Shown here: piece after piece, positions 56,373 to 64,000 of the stretch
How positions within the stretch are numbered: the first letter of the stretch is position 1
Layout of the letters: each line of letters opens with the position of its first letter
Source: an uncultured Chloroflexia bacterium
GTDB taxonomy: Bacteria > Chloroflexota > Limnocylindria > Limnocylindrales > CSP1-4
DNA length: 64,000 bases
Direction: 5' to 3'
Assembly: GCA_963766735.1 (NCBI GenBank)
Contig: CAVYBU010000003.1
Coordinates: 64,001 to 128,000, forward strand
Notes under the pieces: model-generated
What the model saw: only the letters and a program-made list of their open reading frames with translations
Told to the model about the DNA's origin: nothing
The model's database searches: none
Position numbers and translations under genes: made by a program

Positions 56373-57464
56373 TCAGACGCCGGCCGGTGCGGGTGTGACT
56401 GATGGTACGCCGTCCGCGGCTGGCTCCGGGACGCTGGCCTGGTTGTCGTCCATGTCGTCCCACAGGAGCATCTCCTGGGTGAACGAGACCTCCGAGGAGA
56501 ACAGCGCTCCCACGGACTCGCCGCGGTGGATGCGCCTGATCGCCTCCCCGATGAGGGGCGCCACAGAGAGCACCTTGATCTTGGGGATGCGTCGCTCGAG
56601 CGCAAGCGGGATCGTGTCGGTGATGACGACTTCGGCCACGTTCGCGTTCGCGATCCGCTCGATCGCCGGCTCGGACAGGACGCCGTGGGTGGCGCAGGCG
56701 TAGATCTCGTGAACACCCTCACGTTCGAGGGCGCGGGTGATCTCGATCAGGGTGCCGGCGGTGTCGATCTCGTCGTCCACGATGATCGCGCGACGCCCGC
56801 GGACCTCGCCGATGACGTTGATCACCTCCGCGCGGTCCATGTTGCCGTGGCGCCGCTTCTCCACGATCGCCAGCGGGGCGTCGAGAAGCTCGGCGAACGT
56901 CCGGGCGCGCTTGGCGAATCCGAGGTCCGTCACGACCACGCAATCCTCGATCTTGCGGTCGAGGAAATGCCGACTGAGCATGTGGACCGCGGTCAGCTCA
57001 TCCACGGGGATGTTGAAGAACCCCTGGATCTGGCCCTGGTGGAGATCCATCGTCAGCATCCGGTCCGCGCCTGCCACCGAGATCATGTCGGCGACCAGGC
57101 GGGCGGTAATCGGGACCCGGGGCTGGTCCTTCTTGTCGGAGCGGCCGTAGGCGTAGTACGGGACCACGGCGGTGATCCGCCCGGCCGATGCCCTCTTGAA
57201 GGCGTCGATCATGATCAGGAGTTCCATGATCGACTGGTTGACGGGCCGCGACGTGGGCTGGACCACGAACACGTCCTTCTCGCGCACGTTGTCGATGATC
57301 CGGACGAAGATGTTCTCGTTCGCGAACTGGAACACCTCGGCCTTGCCCGGCGTGCCCCCCAGCCAGCGCGAGATCTTCCGGGCCAGCTCCGGGTTGGCGT
57401 TGCCGTGGTAGATCTCGAACTGATCCGCGTACACGCCAGCCTCCCGTGCGCCGAAGGCGGTCAC
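56373..57464 (-). CDS. prs: ribose-phosphate pyrophosphokinase
   Basis: [38 protein letters not shown]. Confidence 0.95.
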   Translation of the reverse strand: MTAFGAREAGVYADQFEIYHGNANPELARKISRWLGGTPGKAEVFQFANENIFVRIIDNVREKDVFVVQPTSRPVNQSIMELLIMIDAFKRASAGRITAVVPYYAYGRSDKKDQPRVPITARLVADMISVAGADRMLTMDLHQGQIQGFFNIPVDELTAVHMLSRHFLDRKIEDCVVVTDLGFAKRARTFAELLDAPLAIVEKRRHGNMDRAEVINVIGEVRGRRAIIVDDEIDTAGTLIEITRALEREGVHEIYACATHGVLSEPAIERIANANVAEVVITDTIPLALERRIPKIKVLSVAPLIGEAIRRIHRGESVGALFSSEVSFTQEMLLWDDMDDNQASVPEPAADGVPSVTPAPAGV

Positions 57465-60028
57465 GCCCGACTTTGGCCCGAGTCCGCCGGATCGCCACCG
57501 GTGGGCTGGGGCTCGTCATTGTCCTCGATCCCACCCCGCTCCGCCAGTCCCGCCCGGAAGGCCGCGATCGCGACCACCCTGTCGTCGTCGGCGAGCCGCA
57601 TGACGATCACGCCGCGCGCCGCCGCGGAGTAGCGGTTGATGGAGTTGGTCTCGGTCCGGATGACCTGGCCGTAGGACGAGATCAGCAGCAGCTCCTCGTC
57701 CTCGGGGGTGACCTGCTGGACCGCCGCGACGAGCCCCGTCTTCCGACCCTCGAGTGCGATCAGCCGGACTCCCTGGCCGCCGCGATGCTTGCGCCGGAAC
57801 TCCGGCAGCCCCACGCGCTTGCCGTAGCCGGTCTCGGTGAGGACCAGGAGATCGGTCTCCGGCTGCACGACGCTCATCGAGACCACCGCGTCGCCCTGCC
57901 GGGCCAGCCTGATCGCGATGACGCCGGCCGCGTCCCTCCCCATCGCCCGGACCTCCCCCTCTGAGAACCGCGCGAGCATGCCCTGCGCGGTGGCGATGAT
58001 CACGTCATCCTCGCCGCTGGACACGTCGACCCACGCCAGCTCGTCGCCGTCGGCGATCGTGATGGCCCGGATGCCGGTCGATCGGACACGCTCGAACTGC
58101 TCGAGCGGGGTCTTCTTGATGATCCCGCTCCGGGTGGCCATGACCAGGTAGTGGCCCGGCCCGAAGTCAGGCAGGCAGATGGTCGCCACCGGCACCTCGC
58201 CGGACTCCACCTGGACGCCCGGCAGGTTGATGATCGCCATGCCCTTGGCCTGGCGGGACGCGTCCGGGATGGCGTGCACCTTGGCCGAGAACACGCGACC
58301 ACGGTTGGTGAAGAACAGCGCCCAGTCGTGCGTGTTCGCCGCCAGGAGGTGCTCGACCGCGTCCTCCTCGCGAGTGACGTGTCCGATGATTCCCTTGCCA
58401 CCACGGTGCTGGCGGCGATAGGTGGCGACCGGCTGGCGCTTGATGTACCCGCGGCGGCTGATCGTGACGACGACGTCCTCGTCGGCGATCAGGTCCTCGT
58501 CGGTCAGCTCGCGGTTGGAGTCCTCGACGACGCGCGTCCGCCGCTCGCCGGCGTACTTCCGCTTGAGCTCGGTGAGCTCGTCCTTGATGATGGCCAGGAC
58601 GCGCTGCGGGTTGGCCAGGATGTCCTCCAGCTCCGCGATGAGCTGGATGACCGCGAGGTACTCGTCCTCGATCTTCTGGCGCTCGAGGGCCGCGAGGCGG
58701 GCGAGGCGCATGTCCAGGATCGCCTGCGCCTGCAGCTCCGAGAGCCCGAACCGGTCCATGAGGTTGTGGCGGGCCGTCTCGACGTCCGCGGACTCGCGAA
58801 TGGTCTTGATGACCGCATCGAGGTTGTCCAGTGCGATCTTGAGGCCTTCGAGGATGTGGGCCCGTGCGCGCGCCTTCTCGAGGTCGAATTCGGTCCGGCG
58901 CCGGACGATCTCGCGCCGGTGATCCACGTAGTGGGTCAGGACGGCCTTGAGCGGGAGGGTCTGCGGCTGCCCATCCACCAGCGCGAGCATGTTCAGGTTG
59001 AAGGCCATCTGCAGCGACGTGTGCTTGAACAGGTTGTTCAGCACCTTGTGCGGGTTGGCGTCCCGCTTGATCTCGATGTAGATCCGCATCCCATCGCGGT
59101 CGGACTCGTCCCGGAGGTCAGCGATGCCGTCGATCTTCTTGTCCTTGACCAGGTCGGCGATCTTCTCGAGCAACGTCGCCTTGTTCACCTGGTACGGCAG
59201 CTCGGTGACGATGATCGCCGTCCGGTCGAGGCGGGTCTCCTCGAACGCGACCTGTGCCCGCATGACCACGCGCCCGTGCCCGTGCGCATACATCTCGCGG
59301 ATGGCGTCGATGGTCTCGTGCTCACCGCTGAACGTGTTGCGCCGGGTCTCGAACCGGAAGATGGAGCCGCCGGTCGGGAAGTCCGGACCCCTGACGTACC
59401 GGCACAGGTCGTCGTTGGTGATGCCCGGGTCCTCGATGATGGCCATCGTGGCGTCCGCGATCTCGCCCAGGTGGTGAGGCGGGATGTTGGTGGCCATGCC
59501 CACCGCGATGCCCGAGGACCCGTTGATCAGCAGGTTCGGGAGCTTGGCCGGCAGGACCGTCGGCTGCTTCTGGGTGCCGTCGTAGTTGTCGACGTAATCG
59601 ACGGTGTCCTTGTCGATGTCGGCCAGCATCTCCGCGGAGATCGCCGTGAGGCGGGCCTCCGTGTACCGCATCGCGGCGGCGGAATCGCCGTCGATGGAGC
59701 CGAAGTTGCCCTGGCCGTCCACGAGCGGGTAGCGGAGGGAGAAGTCCTGGGCCAGCCGGACCAGGGCGTCGTACAACGCCACGTCGCCGTGCGGGTGGTA
59801 CTTGCCCATCACCTCGCCGACGATGGCCGCGCACTTGCGGTAGGAGCTCGTGGCGGAGAGCCCCATCTCGCCCATCGTGTACAGGATTCGCCGGTGGACG
59901 GGCTTGAGGCCGTCCCGGACGTCCGGAAGCGCGCGCGAGACGATGACGCTCATCGCGTAGTCGAGGTACGAGACGCGCATCTCGTCCTCGATGTGGATCG
60001 CTCGGACGTTGCCCAGGTCGTCGGTCAC
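57461..60028 (-). CDS. gyrA: DNA gyrase subunit A
   Basis: [24 protein letters not shown] (catalytic Tyr), GyrA box QHRGGKG. Confidence 0.97.
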   Translation of the reverse strand: MTDDLGNVRAIHIEDEMRVSYLDYAMSVIVSRALPDVRDGLKPVHRRILYTMGEMGLSATSSYRKCAAIVGEVMGKYHPHGDVALYDALVRLAQDFSLRYPLVDGQGNFGSIDGDSAAAMRYTEARLTAISAEMLADIDKDTVDYVDNYDGTQKQPTVLPAKLPNLLINGSSGIAVGMATNIPPHHLGEIADATMAIIEDPGITNDDLCRYVRGPDFPTGGSIFRFETRRNTFSGEHETIDAIREMYAHGHGRVVMRAQVAFEETRLDRTAIIVTELPYQVNKATLLEKIADLVKDKKIDGIADLRDESDRDGMRIYIEIKRDANPHKVLNNLFKHTSLQMAFNLNMLALVDGQPQTLPLKAVLTHYVDHRREIVRRRTEFDLEKARARAHILEGLKIALDNLDAVIKTIRESADVETARHNLMDRFGLSELQAQAILDMRLARLAALERQKIEDEYLAVIQLIAELEDILANPQRVLAIIKDELTELKRKYAGERRTRVVEDSNRELTDEDLIADEDVVVTISRRGYIKRQPVATYRRQHRGGKGIIGHVTREEDAVEHLLAANTHDWALFFTNRGRVFSAKVHAIPDASRQAKGMAIINLPGVQVESGEVPVATICLPDFGPGHYLVMATRSGIIKKTPLEQFERVRSTGIRAITIADGDELAWVDVSSGEDDVIIATAQGMLARFSEGEVRAMGRDAAGVIAIRLARQGDAVVSMSVVQPETDLLVLTETGYGKRVGLPEFRRKHRGGQGVRLIALEGRKTGLVAAVQQVTPEDEELLLISSYGQVIRTETNSINRYSAAARGVIVMRLADDDRVVAIAAFRAGLAERGGIEDNDEPQPTGGDPADSGQSRA

Positions 60029-60060
60029 GTGGTGGAGCTCCTCCGGTCGGTCAGGTCAGG

Positions 60061-61052
60061 TCAGGATCGGACAACGATGGGGCGTTCGGACGGCGGGACG
60101 CCGACGCCGAGGCCCAGGAAGTCGGCGGCGGTCGCCGAGGCGCGGGATGTCGAAGGCGCGCCGGGCCGCTTGCGGATGCCGGCGAGGGTGGCACCGAGCT
60201 CGGCCGCCACATCGGGAGGGATCTTCTCGAACGTGTTGCGGATCACCCACGCGCTGTGACCGTCGGACGTGGCCGCGGCGCGCCTGGCCGCCGTGCGCAG
60301 GAACGCGACGGTGGCGGGCTGGTCGATCAGGGCCATGGAGCGGAGCGCCCATGCGAGGGCCTTCTGGACGTCCGGCTCTGCCTCGCCCAGCAGGTCGCCG
60401 ACCAGGGACAGGCCGCGGCGCGCGACCTCCGGTGTACGGCCCGCGGTCCGGTCGGTGAACGGGATGGTGGCGACCGTCGAGCCGACGAGGCGGCGTTCCC
60501 AGCGGGACGGCGAGTAAACGAGCTGCTCGAGCTCGGCCCAGCGGTACGACTCGGCGAGGACTCCGCGGCCCGCGGCATGGGCGAGGGTGTCCACGGTGAT
60601 CCAGTCTCCGGCCGTCCTCGCTTCTGCGCGCACGAGCTGCCAGGTCCGCTCGGGCTCGGCGGCGATCGTGCGCTCCAGGATCTCGAACGCGAGCCAGTGC
60701 ATCTCGAGAGGCTCCTCACGAAGGAGCCGCTCGGCGAGGTCGAGCAGGACGGCACTGCGGTCCTGGCGCGTGGTGGAGCGGAGCCCGCGGCCGACGGCAT
60801 GAAGCAGCGGGCCCCGGACGCCCAGGACGGTTCCGATGCCGGGAGCCACCCTGTCGATGCCCTGCCGGTACTCGGGGTCCGCGAGGTCCTCCAGGCCGCG
60901 GCGAACGATCTCCACCGCGGCGTCCGGATCCGGCGCGACATCGCCTGCTGCGCGGCCTATGGCCACGGCGTGGGGCGTCCGCTCGGCGACCAGGGAGCGG
61001 GCTCGCGCTGTGGTGGCGCTCGGCACACCGACGCCCGCCGGGGTGGGTGACG

Positions 61053-61056
<4 letters not shown>
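60061..61056 (-). CDS. DNA alkylation repair (AlkD-like HEAT-repeat) protein
   Basis: GVRGP, DWITVD, WERR, VQKALAWALR motifs; ATGA overlap with the upstream gene. Confidence 0.7.

Positions 61057-64000
<2,944 letters not shown>

Overview
High-GC (roughly 70%) bacterial chromosomal window spanning the replication origin. It has no outer-membrane genes, and its gene content suggests a Chloroflexota-like monoderm (inference, not checked against a database). Left part (1-15.3 kb): a phosphatidylinositol / PI-mannoside-like lipid operon (CDP-alcohol phosphotransferase, ino1, two PatA-like acyltransferases, PHP phosphoesterase, PimA-like GT4) beside a GT-C/GT2 cluster that includes a 1,785-aa double GT-C fusion. 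Middle: dciA-recF-dnaN-oriC-dnaA, divergent from rpmH-rnpA-yidD-yidC-jag; then accessory genes (VanW, LysE, HAD, hemerythrin-fused P1B ATPase, Gfo/Idh/MocA), tmRNA, treXYZ, an accessory-less divergent urease, and a Ser/Cys proline-racemase-family gene. Right part: smpB, ctpA, ftsEX, frameshifted prfB, secA, prs, gyrA, gyrB and partial parB. No transposase, integrase, prophage or CRISPR array was seen. Top leads: (1) a self-contained ~135-nt transcript upstream of smpB with a maximal SD, mutually exclusive hairpins and a 16-aa ORF ending in an ssrA-like degron (MIDGSSCCTTSLEIAA); (2) an 8-Cys microprotein translationally coupled to prfB; (3) a urease homolog with a remodelled substrate pocket; (4) repeated CTG starts inside CTGA stop-start overlaps (recF, lysE); (5) the PIM-like / O-mannosylation cluster.
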